DNA of 64,000 nt from Candidatus Eutrophobius brisbanensis (GCA_038131795.1 JAYPQE010000003.1:1582630-1646629), one strand, 5' to 3'; shown: positions 44,175 through 56,287, numbered from the stretch's first letter. The notes: a model not told the origin generated them from the sequence alone. Made by a program: numbers and translations.

Positions 44175-44205
44175 TCCGAATTCTTATTATTATTTCCTCT
44201 GGATA

Positions 44206-45456
44206 TTATGGCAGTATTTTTTCACCTTCGTAAAGCGCTTCTAACGTTTCACGTCTGCGAATCTCATATATCTTCTCACCATCTATCATCACTTCAGCCG
44301 CGCGAGGTCTGGCATTGTAATTTGAACTCATGACAAACCCATATGCCCCGACCCCCATTACGACCAATAAATCACCTTCAGTCAACGCCAGGGACCGATT
44401 AAGACCAAGAAAATCACCCGTCTCACAGACCGGGCCTACAATATCAAACGCCCTTTCTTTTGCATCAGTATGTTCCTGGACCGGTATTATCTCCTGCCAG
44501 GCATCATAAAGTACCGGCCTGATCAAATCGTTCATTGCGGCATCAATGATTGCAAAATTTTTTACACCGTTCTGTTTTATATACAGTACTTGCGTCAGTA
44601 ACAATCCCGCATTTCCTACGATTGACCTTCCCGGCTCTATAATTATTTCCAGAGACGTATCCGTGATCTTGTCGCAGATAGCACTTACAAACTCTGCTGG
44701 AGACGGCGGCGTTTCATCCTTGTAGCTAATGCCCAATCCCCCTCCCAGATCAATGTGTTTTAACTCCATACCTTTGTCGCGTAATACCTCAACTAACTGC
44801 ATTACCCTGTCTATGGCATCTAGGTATGGCTCAAGGTCCGTAATCTGTGAACCGATATGACAGTCGATACCGACAACATTCAGGTTGCTCAGTGTATTCG
44901 CCTGATTAAAGGCATTTTCTGCCTCTTCATAGGCAATTCCAAACTTATTTTCTTTCAAACCGGTAGAGATGTAGGGATGGGTAAGAGGATCCACATCCGG
45001 ATTGACGCGTAATGATACCGGCGCACTGCATTGAAGTTCCGCGGCAACATTATTGACCATTTGAAGCTCAGAAAGTGATTCAATATTCAGGCATTTCACA
45101 CCTGAATTTAACGCAGTCCTGATTTCATCGGGTGTTTTGCCCACCCCGGAAAATACAACTTTCCCTGGGTCGCCGCCGGCCTTGATAACACGTTGTAACT
45201 CTCCTACTGACACAATATCAAACCCTGACCCCAACCTGGCCAGCAAATTTAAAATGGCCAGGTTTCCATTGGCCTTGACCGCATAGCAAATGCTATGAGG
45301 CCTGTCATTAAAAGCACCATGATATGATTGCCATTGGCTTTCTATTGCCGCTCGACTATAGACATAACAAGGCGTACCAAATTGCGCCTGTATCTCACTA
45401 ACGGCAATACCTTGCACATGCAAAGTCCCATTAATGTATTGAAATTCCTGATTCAC
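44206..45456 (-). CDS. lysA: Diaminopimelate decarboxylase
   Basis: 416 aa with a GTG start and PLP-Lys block YAVKAN. Confidence 0.93.
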   Translation of the reverse strand: MNQEFQYINGTLHVQGIAVSEIQAQFGTPCYVYSRAAIESQWQSYHGAFNDRPHSICYAVKANGNLAILNLLARLGSGFDIVSVGELQRVIKAGGDPGKVVFSGVGKTPDEIRTALNSGVKCLNIESLSELQMVNNVAAELQCSAPVSLRVNPDVDPLTHPYISTGLKENKFGIAYEEAENAFNQANTLSNLNVVGIDCHIGSQITDLEPYLDAIDRVMQLVEVLRDKGMELKHIDLGGGLGISYKDETPPSPAEFVSAICDKITDTSLEIIIEPGRSIVGNAGLLLTQVLYIKQNGVKNFAIIDAAMNDLIRPVLYDAWQEIIPVQEHTDAKERAFDIVGPVCETGDFLGLNRSLALTEGDLLVVMGVGAYGFVMSSNYNARPRAAEVMIDGEKIYEIRRRETLEALYEGEKILP

Positions 45457-45570
45457 TTAATTTTCTGCTGTATTTGATGCTGGTTCATCTGGAATATATA
45501 AGTCGCCCTTTTGCCCACATGATGCGGTACACGTTAAAACAACCACCAAAATGATTAAACGTAAATACAT
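45457..45570 (-). CDS. lptM: Small lipoprotein LptM (YifL family)
   Basis: This 37-aa ORF is not in the track (too short): MYLRLIILVVVLTCTASCGQKGDLYIPDEPASNTAEN. It has a lipobox and the family GQKGxLYxP motif. Its stop abuts the lysA start, which is the conserved lptM-lysA arrangement. Confidence 0.7.
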   Translation of the reverse strand: MYLRLIILVVVLTCTASCGQKGDLYIPDEPASNTAEN

Positions 45571-45788
45571 TTTATTTCCCGTTATATTTTGAGATTCTAT
45601 TTCCAATAGGCGTGTAATATCAGGCCTAAATTATACACCAGCGATATCATCATTTGCGTATAATCTTTGTTGCAGTGACAATTACAACTAAATTATTCAG
45701 GTGAATAATTAACAGATCTAACTTGCAATCTGGCATGGATTTCTGATGAAATGTACCCCCTTTCAAACAATCAGAGGTTAAAACTATA

Positions 45789-46115
45789 ATGGGCGATGGA
45801 ATAATTCACGTATCAGATTCCGATTTCGAAGATCAGGTATTAAAGGCCACCGGGCCGGTATTGGTTGATTACTGGGCAGAATGGTGTGGTCCCTGCAAAA
45901 TGATTGCCCCAATCCTGGATGAAATATCAGATGAGTACGCCGAAAAACTCACCGTAGCAAAAATCAACATTGATGAAAACCGTGAAACTCCCCAGAAATA
46001 TGCCGTTCGTGGCATACCGACACTGATGATATTCAAAGATGGCGAAATTGCAGGTACCAAGGTAGGGGCGTTGTCAAAATCACAATTATCAGCATTTATT
46101 GACAGCGTCATATAA
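45789..46115 (+). CDS. trxA: Thioredoxin
   Basis: 108 aa with the WCGPC active site. Confidence 0.95.
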   Translation: MGDGIIHVSDSDFEDQVLKATGPVLVDYWAEWCGPCKMIAPILDEISDEYAEKLTVAKINIDENRETPQKYAVRGIPTLMIFKDGEIAGTKVGALSKSQLSAFIDSVI

Positions 46116-46293
46116 ACGCTATACATTTATGGAACGCGGCGAAATGCTCGTGTTATTTTATTAAATTAATAATAACCTTCTTAAACCGAACTCCCTCAAA
46201 TTGAATTAACAAGGTCTTATTTTCAGGGCGTTTCCTGCGCTTAACATAACTATTTATTAACCCTAATCGTTTAACTAACACAATCCTTGATCT

Positions 46294-47553
46294 ATGAACC
46301 TGACAGAACTTAAGCAACAACCCGCATCAGAACTTATAAAATTATCAGAAACCCTTGGACTCGATGGCCTGGCCAGGTCACGTAAACAGGACGTCATATT
46401 TGAAATCCTGAAAGCCCATGCCAAAAAAGGTGAAGACATCTATGGCAGTGGGGTATTGGAAATACTACAAGATGGGTTCGGGTTTTTAAGATCTGCAGAC
46501 AGTTCATATCTGGCCGGTCCGGATGATATTTATGTCTCTCCCAGTCAGATACGCCGTTTTAACCTCAGGACTGGAGACAATATAGCCGGCAAAATCAGAC
46601 CACCAAAAGACGGTGAGCGTTATTTTGCCCTGTTGAAAGTTGCTGAAATTAATTTTGAATCACCTGAAAAAGCCAAGAATAAAATACTCTTTGAAAACCT
46701 CACCCCCCTGTTTGCAAATGAACGATTAAAACTGGAAATCGGTAACGGCAGTACAGAAGATCTGACACCCAGGATCATTGATCTGGTGGCACCCATCGGC
46801 AAAGGCCAACGTGGTCTGATTGTCTCACCACCCAAAGCGGGCAAAACGATGATTCTCCAGTCAATTGCACAATCGATTACCCACAATCATCCTGAATGTC
46901 ATTTGATTGTATTATTGATCGATGAGCGGCCCGAGGAAGTCACGGAAATGGCCCGTTCGGTGAAAGGAGAAGTCATTTCCAGTACCTTTGATGAGCCGGC
47001 CAGCAGACACGTACAGGTTGCCGAAATGGTGATATCCAGGGCCAAGCGCCTGACCGAACATAAAAAGGACGTAGTAATATTACTGGATTCCATTACCCGG
47101 CTTGCGCGGGCCTATAATACAGTGGTCCCGGCTTCAGGCAAGGTCCTGACAGGTGGTGTGGATGCCAACGCCCTGCAAAAACCGAAACGCTTTTTTGGTG
47201 CGGCAAGAAATATTGAAGAAGGTGGCAGCCTGACAATACTTGCAACTGCACTCATAGACACCGGATCCCGTATGGATGATGTTATTTACGAGGAATTTAA
47301 GGGTACAGGCAATATGGAATTGCACCTGGACCGTGAAATCGCGGAAAAACGAATTTACCCGGCCATACATATCAACCGCTCAGGGACCCGACGGGAAGAA
47401 ATGCTGACTGATCAGGATGAACTACAAAAAATGTGGATACTTCGTAAACTCTTGCACCCCATGGAAACATTGGCGGCTATGGAATTTCTGTTAGAAAGGC
47501 TGAAAGCGACCAAGAACAATGCCGAGTTCTTTGACGCCATGAAGCGTCAATGA
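46294..47553 (+). CDS. rho: Transcription termination factor Rho
   Basis: 419 aa with an N-terminal RNA-binding domain and Walker A PPKAGKT. Confidence 0.97.
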   Translation: MNLTELKQQPASELIKLSETLGLDGLARSRKQDVIFEILKAHAKKGEDIYGSGVLEILQDGFGFLRSADSSYLAGPDDIYVSPSQIRRFNLRTGDNIAGKIRPPKDGERYFALLKVAEINFESPEKAKNKILFENLTPLFANERLKLEIGNGSTEDLTPRIIDLVAPIGKGQRGLIVSPPKAGKTMILQSIAQSITHNHPECHLIVLLIDERPEEVTEMARSVKGEVISSTFDEPASRHVQVAEMVISRAKRLTEHKKDVVILLDSITRLARAYNTVVPASGKVLTGGVDANALQKPKRFFGAARNIEEGGSLTILATALIDTGSRMDDVIYEEFKGTGNMELHLDREIAEKRIYPAIHINRSGTRREEMLTDQDELQKMWILRKLLHPMETLAAMEFLLERLKATKNNAEFFDAMKRQ

Positions 47554-47703
47554 TGTTGATTTATCCTGTCCAACTTACCCGGTTTGGTCAGGCGATAAAA
47601 CTTCCTCAGCTCAGATAATAATCCCCTTCTGTCTCCCTGTCCTACATAGCACTCTTCAAGTCGCCGACAATACAAATATGTTTATTCGTTTATCTAAATA
47701 GTT

Positions 47704-49296
47704 ATGACTTATTATCTATCAACAAAATGTATAGAAAATGTATATACAGTACTAGCTCAATATGAAATTAATAATGCAAGTATCCTGCATATCTTCTTTA
47801 TTTTAAAGGCATGTGGCTATAATCGACTAGAGCAGTTACCAGTTTCTGTCATCTCAGAAAATGGTATTAAACCAGCAATAATGCTTAGTAAGCTTTTCTC
47901 TCCAGAAGAACAACCACCAAAAAAATATGAGTTTATATCTCCTTTCTCAATGAAAAAATGGGCTGCCCAAGCACCATCTGAACCTCTAAATAAGTGGGTA
48001 AAAAGTAGGATAAAAAATAATGTTATTGGTGGTGCAACAACATGGAGGTCGATTATTGATGATGATACATCAAATGAAACCTTTAAGTTTAAATATAATT
48101 ATGCTGAAAAAATAAAAGAATTAACACTAAAAGATATAAAAATTAATTTATTGGCATTAGCTATTTGGTCTCAAAGATTTACACCATTTGACAAAAAATT
48201 GTCAAAGGTTCAATTAACAGAATATTTTAATAAAATTTTTCAAATTACTGAGGAAGAAACTAATCTTTTCTTTGCTCTGGATTTTAGAAAAATTCAAGTA
48301 GAATATTCAAATTCCATTCATGATTCACAATATATTCGAACATTAATTGGAAAGCCAAAATCTGAAACAGATACAGAATGGATTGATTCAGTAAAAAAAT
48401 CGAAAACTAATAATTTACAATATTTTGAAGAAGAGATAATTATGCCTGATTATAGCAACAGCTCCAATCCTCTTGAAGTTGTGGAACCATTACTAAGTAG
48501 ATATCGTCAAGTTATTCTTGCAGGTCCTCCTGGCACATCTAAATCACACATAGCAAATGAGGTATCTAGCAAATATAACGTTAGAAAAATACAATTTCAC
48601 CCTTCTTACTCATATCAAAACTTTATTGGTGGTTATGTTGTTGATGGAACAACTGTTAATTGGAATGATGGTGTCTTATTCGAGTTTTCAAAACTTGCTC
48701 TAGAAAATAAAAGTGAGAACTATCTTCTAATAATAGATGAGATTAATAGAGCAAATGTAGGGCAAGTGTTTGGTGAAACCATTCAATGTTTAGATAGGAA
48801 CAGTACTACTAATATTAAAAGAAAAAATGAGTTAGTTGAGTTCTCTCTTCCATCAAATTTATATATTATTGGCACAATGAATACCTCCGACCGATCAATT
48901 GGAGCAATAGATTTTGCTATAAAAAGAAGATTTATTTCAATCTATGTCCCACCTAATGCGTCACTTGTTGAAGAATTATGCGAAACTGATTTTGGAATTT
49001 CCACCGGAGATTTACTTAGGAAGTTAAATTCTAATTTATTTAATACACTTAAAAACCGTGAACTAGCTATAGGCCATGCTTTATTTTTTGATGAAAGTGT
49101 CTTTAACTCTTCTGAAAAGAAATATATTTGGTCAAATAATGATTTTGAACTTCTTTTTAATTATAAGATATTACCTTTGATTGAAGACTATACAAAAGGA
49201 AATATGTCTCAATTAAATGAAATATTAGGAAAAGATCTTTCAAATAGAGTTACTGGTTCAGATTTTATTAAACATTTAAGTGACTTTGTAAGTTAA
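47704..49296 (+). CDS. McrB-like AAA+ (GTPase-type) restriction subunit with unrecognised N-terminal domain
   Basis: 530 aa with Walker A GPPGTSKS, Walker B LLIIDEINRANV, the McrB signature GTMNTSDRS and DFAIKRRF. I could not place the first ~270 aa in any family. Confidence 0.8.
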   Translation: MTYYLSTKCIENVYTVLAQYEINNASILHIFFILKACGYNRLEQLPVSVISENGIKPAIMLSKLFSPEEQPPKKYEFISPFSMKKWAAQAPSEPLNKWVKSRIKNNVIGGATTWRSIIDDDTSNETFKFKYNYAEKIKELTLKDIKINLLALAIWSQRFTPFDKKLSKVQLTEYFNKIFQITEEETNLFFALDFRKIQVEYSNSIHDSQYIRTLIGKPKSETDTEWIDSVKKSKTNNLQYFEEEIIMPDYSNSSNPLEVVEPLLSRYRQVILAGPPGTSKSHIANEVSSKYNVRKIQFHPSYSYQNFIGGYVVDGTTVNWNDGVLFEFSKLALENKSENYLLIIDEINRANVGQVFGETIQCLDRNSTTNIKRKNELVEFSLPSNLYIIGTMNTSDRSIGAIDFAIKRRFISIYVPPNASLVEELCETDFGISTGDLLRKLNSNLFNTLKNRELAIGHALFFDESVFNSSEKKYIWSNNDFELLFNYKILPLIEDYTKGNMSQLNEILGKDLSNRVTGSDFIKHLSDFVS

Positions 49297-50540
49297 TGGC
49301 AATTAACACTAAGGTAATCACAGAAAACTCAACATGCGTAATAGATGATAAATATGCAATTCATTTAAAAAATATTTTAAATGACAATCCTAAATTACCA
49401 ATTCATCTAATTGAAAATACAATTTATTTTGATGATTACACTATTGGTGAATTAAGAATTGATGATTTATGCATTAAAATTGAACCTAGAAACAAAGCAT
49501 TTGTTCTAGTAACATTTTTTCAAATTTTACAATATCTAGACCAGCCTTTATTAAAAGATATGCCTGGGTTTGGGTTTAATGAAACACAATCTTTATTCGA
49601 CATAAGCTCTTTATCTAGTTCATTTTGTAAGATATTAGATAACTTACTTCAATATGGAATGACTGGGCAATATAATTATACCAGTGAAAAAAGTATGATG
49701 GTGAATGGCGATATAGTTTTTGATTCTTATATCCCGCAATTATTACCTTTTGATGGCATAGAAACAAAATCAATATTTTATTCTAACAATTCAATCTCAA
49801 ATCAAATTATAAAAAGTGCGTTACTAAAATTGATTTTGATTGAGAACTCATCTGTAAATCCTGAAAAATATCAAATTCTGAGGGAGTTTGATTTTGTTGA
49901 TGATAATGTATTCAGTTTGATAGAAGTTGATGAGTGTCTTTTGAATTTTTTTTCACCAAACCCTTATTATATAATCGCATTAGAATTATCTAAGAAAATT
50001 CTTTTTAATTTTAAATTAGAATATAAAGATGGAAATATTGAATGGTTAGCATTTTTAGAAAACTCAAATGCAATTTTTGAAAAGTATATTTTAAAAATTT
50101 TACAGGTAAATTTATCTTCACATAATTTTGAAAAGTGGGATGAACCAAAAACTTTTGCTAAACTAAAAACTCAATTTAAGACTGGTAAAAAATCATATTC
50201 ACCCGATATTTTGATAAATTTTAACAAAAGAAAAAGTTGTGCAGCAGCGATACTAGATGTTAAAAACAAGAAATTTGAACCATCAAAAACTAGTGATTTA
50301 AGCAATTTGGTTTCAACGAGTGATATCTATCAATTAATTTTTTATTGTAAACAATTAAACACTAACGTAGGAGGATTGGTGTATCCTTCTAGCACAACTA
50401 ATGAACCAGTTGAATTAGAAGTAGAGACAGAAGGAAATCTAAAGATTTTTCTTATATCTATTAATGTTCGTGATAATATTGATGACAGACATCGAAAATT
50501 GATAACTGATGTTCTTAATGTAATATTTGCCAACACATAA
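49296..50540 (+). CDS. McrC-like PD-(D/E)xK nuclease subunit
   Basis: 414 aa. Its ATG overlaps the McrB-like stop (TAATG). The C-terminal SPDILINF...AAILDVKNKKF fits the McrC PD...D-x-K nuclease core. Confidence 0.7.
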   Translation: MAINTKVITENSTCVIDDKYAIHLKNILNDNPKLPIHLIENTIYFDDYTIGELRIDDLCIKIEPRNKAFVLVTFFQILQYLDQPLLKDMPGFGFNETQSLFDISSLSSSFCKILDNLLQYGMTGQYNYTSEKSMMVNGDIVFDSYIPQLLPFDGIETKSIFYSNNSISNQIIKSALLKLILIENSSVNPEKYQILREFDFVDDNVFSLIEVDECLLNFFSPNPYYIIALELSKKILFNFKLEYKDGNIEWLAFLENSNAIFEKYILKILQVNLSSHNFEKWDEPKTFAKLKTQFKTGKKSYSPDILINFNKRKSCAAAILDVKNKKFEPSKTSDLSNLVSTSDIYQLIFYCKQLNTNVGGLVYPSSTTNEPVELEVETEGNLKIFLISINVRDNIDDRHRKLITDVLNVIFANT

Positions 50541-50547
50541 ACATAAG

Positions 50548-51618
50548 CTAAATTAAACTTAGTTGTTCTACCTCTTCAAATTCCAAATTAACTTTAGGAA
50601 TTTTGCTATCTTTAATATAGTAATGCATCATTTTCTCTGCAATCTTTTTAACCACAGGAACAGTTACAGCATTTCCTAATTGTTTTTTTGCAGTTTTTAT
50701 AGAAACATCAGAGAAATTATAATTATCTGGAAACCCCTGTAATCTCTGACATTCCAGTACAGAAAGGTGTCTTCGCAAATCCCACATTTTTGGGGCTCTG
50801 GTCGCTATCAGAGTTGGCGCAACGCTATCTAAAGATACGTAATAATCATCTTGTATTTGACTTTTAGCAGAATCACCTGTATGGAACCTTAGTGCATTAT
50901 CAGGTTTTAAATAAGAAAAAATCCCATACTTACCTTTTTTCGATTCTGGATTGCAATGAGCATTACAGTGTTGAACTCTTGGTGTTTTTTCATGATGCTT
51001 GAAATGAAAATCAATTCTATTTAATTCGTCTTCTGGGAAAAGAAGTTCTTCATTGTGATAATTTTCCTCAACCACATCGCGAAGTGTACTACCTTTTTGG
51101 TTTCCTATAGGAAATTCAAAATCTATCGCTTTTCTAAACCCTACGCAATACCACCTTTCTCTATATTGAGGTATGCCAAAATCATAAGTATTTAGAACTT
51201 GTGAGTAGGTAGTATAGCCAAGTTGTTTTAATGTATTTTGTATAGTTCGTATAGTTCTACGTTTATCGTGAGTCACAATTCCTTTTACATTTTCTAGCAA
51301 AAACATTTTCGGCTTTTTTATTCTCAGTATTTCTGCAATATCAAAGAAAAGAGTTCCTCTAGTTTCATCCTCGAAACCTTCTTTTTTTCCACACAAACTG
51401 AAAGGTTGACAAGGAAAACCAGCAGTTAAAATATCGAAGTCTGGAATATCATTAAATTGAACTTTTCTAATATCACCTACAGGAGATTCGCCAAAATTTT
51501 TTTTATATACAGTTTGACAACCAGAATTTATCTCTGATGAAAATACACATTCGTGCCCTAAGCCTTCAAATGCTAAACGGAATCCACCAATTCCGGCAAA
51601 TAAATCTATAAATTTCAT
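50548..51618 (-). CDS. dcm: DNA (cytosine-5)-methyltransferase
   Basis: 356 aa with motif I DLFAGIGGF, motif IV GFPCQPFS, motif VI LLENVKG, QRLQGFPDNY and motif X GNAVTVPV. Confidence 0.92.
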   Translation of the reverse strand: MKFIDLFAGIGGFRLAFEGLGHECVFSSEINSGCQTVYKKNFGESPVGDIRKVQFNDIPDFDILTAGFPCQPFSLCGKKEGFEDETRGTLFFDIAEILRIKKPKMFLLENVKGIVTHDKRRTIRTIQNTLKQLGYTTYSQVLNTYDFGIPQYRERWYCVGFRKAIDFEFPIGNQKGSTLRDVVEENYHNEELLFPEDELNRIDFHFKHHEKTPRVQHCNAHCNPESKKGKYGIFSYLKPDNALRFHTGDSAKSQIQDDYYVSLDSVAPTLIATRAPKMWDLRRHLSVLECQRLQGFPDNYNFSDVSIKTAKKQLGNAVTVPVVKKIAEKMMHYYIKDSKIPKVNLEFEEVEQLSLI

Positions 51619-51790
51619 GTTTTTTTATTCATCCTAAAACACTGAATAACTAAAACCTTATAAAAATAACTATTTAATAATTTTAATCCATTTAACAAAT
51701 AGATAACATACTAGCTACTACTTTTTTACCACCTTAAATTTTAAGGCATTGATTTATATAAATATAAAATATAGATGAATACCACCTTAT

Positions 51791-52192
51791 CTAATTAACC
51801 AATTTATCTAAGTAAGTTATCTCTGAATCAGTAAAATCAATACACAGCTCTTTATGAAATCTCTTAAAAAAACTCAACCATTCAGAAAGATTGGCTTCAA
51901 CCAAACTTTTTGTATGCTTTGTAGCTAACTCATCTAACATAAATGTTTTGTCTACTTCTTTTTCATTTTCACGCTTTATCGTGATTTTCAGATTATCTGA
52001 ATTCCATCTATCTCTTACTGCTGTGATGAATGTATCACTACCTAACTTTATCTTAACTTCACCCATGCGCATTGGGCCGAATGAATCACGATATTCTGCA
52101 TACTCTCTCGCTTCTTCTGAACCTTCTGGTTCTCGGTATTTGAAGCAATAGGCCATATAATCAGTTAACTCATCATCTTCCAATGCTTTCAT
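51791..52192 (-). CDS. Hypothetical acidic protein (island cargo)
   Basis: 133-aa ORF with no recognisable motif. It is divergent from the RHH-like gene across a 47-bp spacer. Confidence 0.45.
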   Translation of the reverse strand: MKALEDDELTDYMAYCFKYREPEGSEEAREYAEYRDSFGPMRMGEVKIKLGSDTFITAVRDRWNSDNLKITIKRENEKEVDKTFMLDELATKHTKSLVEANLSEWLSFFKRFHKELCIDFTDSEITYLDKLVN

Positions 52193-52239
52193 TATCTCCC
52201 TATGTGGAGATTCCTCATATCTAAAAATATCTGGCGCAT

Positions 52240-54272
<2,033 letters not shown>

Positions 54273-54286
54273 TTACCTCCAGTTAA

Positions 54287-54574
54287 TTATTCAATTACGC
54301 CCATGATGTCGTCTTCGCGAAGCACCAGGAGTTCTTCTCCATCGATCTTCACTTCAGTGCCGGAATACTTGCCAAACAGGATCTTGTCACCTTTTTTGAC
54401 TTCCAGGGCACGGACTTCACCATTGTCCAGGATCTTGCCATTGCCTACGGCCATGATTTCTCCCTGAATGGGTTTTTCAGTAGCACTGTCGGGAATAACA
54501 ATCCCACCCGGTGAGGTTTTACCCTCTTCAATTCGCTTTACTATCACGCGATCATGTAATGGTCGAATATTCAT
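54287..54574 (-). CDS. groS: Co-chaperonin GroES
   Basis: 95 aa starting [14 protein letters not shown]. Confidence 0.95.
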   Translation of the reverse strand: MNIRPLHDRVIVKRIEEGKTSPGGIVIPDSATEKPIQGEIMAVGNGKILDNGEVRALEVKKGDKILFGKYSGTEVKIDGEELLVLREDDIMGVIE

Positions 54575-54629
54575 TATTAGAACCTCCGTATTTATAAACC
54601 ATTGATTTTTAAGTAACTAATCAGAATTG

Positions 54630-54656
54630 TTAGCACTCAAGTTTAATGAGTGCCAA
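54630..54656. promoter_or_regulatory. CIRCE operator (HrcA binding site) upstream of groES
   Basis: TTAGCACTC-AAGTTTAAT-GAGTGCCAA versus consensus TTAGCACTC-N9-GAGTGCTAA (one mismatch). It lies 56 nt upstream of the groES start. Confidence 0.8.
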
Positions 54657-54702
54657 TACTATAGCGGATTTTTTTTTACAGTCAAGATTCAGCGGTAAAT
54701 AC

Positions 54703-55893
54703 TTAATTCCCGGCTTCGTTCTGGTAGAAATCCATAAGGATATGGGCCACCTCGGGACGGGCGAACTCTTCGGGTAGTTCCTCCCCAGCTGCCAGCATGT
54801 CCCTCACCTTGGTGCCTGATAGTAAGACAAAATCTTCCTGGCTATGGTCCGGGGCGTCCCGCATCATGACGACTTTATTGAGCTTTTTGGACCAGGCCGT
54901 ATGGTCAGCCTTGAAGATTTCAATCTCAAGTGCGCCGGAAGGTAATGAGCCAAAAACGGTCTGGGCATCAAACGGGCCATAGTAACTGCCAACCCCCGCA
55001 TGATCACGACCCACAATCAGGTGAGTACAGCCGGCATTTTGCCTAAATACAGCATGTAATAATGCCTCTCTGGGGCCGGCATATAACATATCAAATCCAT
55101 AACCCGTCACCATGACCGTATCTGCGGGGAAATACAGTTCCACCATTTTGCGTATGGCGGCGTCTCGTACATCTGCAGGAATATCGCCCGGCTTCAATTT
55201 ACCCAATAACATGTGGATTAAAATCCCGTCAGCGCCCACCGTCTCACTGGCCATTTTACAGAGTTCTTCATGGGCACGGTGCATAGGGTTTCGGGTCTGA
55301 AATGCCACAATCTTCTCCCAGCCCTTGGCTGCAATCTCGTCGCGGATCTGCACTGCTGTTCTAAATGTATCAGGAAATTCCTGATCGAAATAACTGTAGT
55401 TCAAGACCTGTATAGGGCCTGCAACCAGATATTTCCCATGAGAGAAAAAGGTTGCAACACCTGGATGGTCTTTGTCGGTGGTACCAAAAATCTTTTCGAT
55501 GATTGAGTGCAGTTGATCACCGGTAATGGTTTCTATGGATTCAACCTGCTGGATGGCAATGACAGGATTACCCTCAACATTTGGATCACGCAGGGCAATA
55601 CGCTCTGCATTCTCTATAGGTGATATATCATTTGTCCTGTTGATACATGGTACCGGCCAGAACAATCCGTCCTGGGTCATCATGTTTTCAGCCACACTCA
55701 TGGAATCCGCCAGATTCATATACCCATTCAGCGGGGTAAAATATCCGGCGCCCAACATGACCGCATTTGCTGCGGCGGCAGAATTGACCAGCATTGTTGG
55801 CAATGACTCGGCCTCCTTGAGCAGGGCCTCCCGATCGTTAGCATCCGTTACATAAAGGGGTGTTAATTCGGCTGATCCATGCGGGTTAATCAT
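54703..55893 (-). CDS. sat: Sulfate adenylyltransferase (ATP sulfurylase, homo-oligomeric Sat type)
   Basis: The start at MINPHGS (ATG 55893) follows a GGAGA RBS. The tracked start at 55989 adds 32 unlikely residues. The QTRNPMHRAHE and GRDHAGVG blocks are present. Confidence 0.9.
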   Translation of the reverse strand: MINPHGSAELTPLYVTDANDREALLKEAESLPTMLVNSAAAANAVMLGAGYFTPLNGYMNLADSMSVAENMMTQDGLFWPVPCINRTNDISPIENAERIALRDPNVEGNPVIAIQQVESIETITGDQLHSIIEKIFGTTDKDHPGVATFFSHGKYLVAGPIQVLNYSYFDQEFPDTFRTAVQIRDEIAAKGWEKIVAFQTRNPMHRAHEELCKMASETVGADGILIHMLLGKLKPGDIPADVRDAAIRKMVELYFPADTVMVTGYGFDMLYAGPREALLHAVFRQNAGCTHLIVGRDHAGVGSYYGPFDAQTVFGSLPSGALEIEIFKADHTAWSKKLNKVVMMRDAPDHSQEDFVLLSGTKVRDMLAAGEELPEEFARPEVAHILMDFYQNEAGN

Positions 55894-56077
55894 GAATGTG
55901 TCTCCATATTTATAAGTTGTATTAATTATTAGGAAAAAAAGAGGCGATACGATAACCCGCCTGATTTGGAATTCAAGTAATATTATCAAATTCCATCAAA
56001 ACGGCTGCTCAAAACCCTAGCGGTTTGCCATGGTTAATATAATGATAACCGGGAAATTTCACACAAGGAGGAGCAAA

Positions 56078-56287
56078 ATGGCTGATTCAACACAGGTTGA
56101 TGCAGCTGATCCATCAAAGAAAAATTCAGAAATTCTGGGGCCCACCAGTGATGAAGCGACGGTACAAATGTCGGAACTGGATCAAACCTGATTCTGGAAT
56201 GATACGGAGTATCAGCAGGGCCAACAGGTACTAGCTGAGGGCAAGAAGTACGAATGCAGTTTTGGAAAATGGGTACCGTTAGACTGA
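56078..56287 (+). CDS. Small hypothetical protein: either 37 aa ending at TGA 56189, or 69 aa if that TGA is read through or recoded
   Basis: A strong RBS, AAGGAGGAGCAAAATG, precedes it. The frame stays open for 31 further codons after the TGA (FWNDTEYQQGQQVLAEGKKYECSFGKWVPLD). A hairpin lies at 56194-56218. Confidence 0.4.

Noticed and set aside
47565-47592. Hairpin CCTGTCCAA-N10-TTGGTCAGG just after the rho stop, considered as a terminator or an island att-site remnant.
   Set aside because: The stem has a central mismatch and no following T-tract. I found no matching repeat at the other island boundary (about 52.6 kb).
54703-55893. sat as part of a sulfur-oxidation (aprAB/dsr) gene cluster.
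   Set aside because: No apr, dsr or sox genes flank it in this window. A lone Sat is compatible with either assimilatory or dissimilatory use, so I draw no pathway claim from this window alone.
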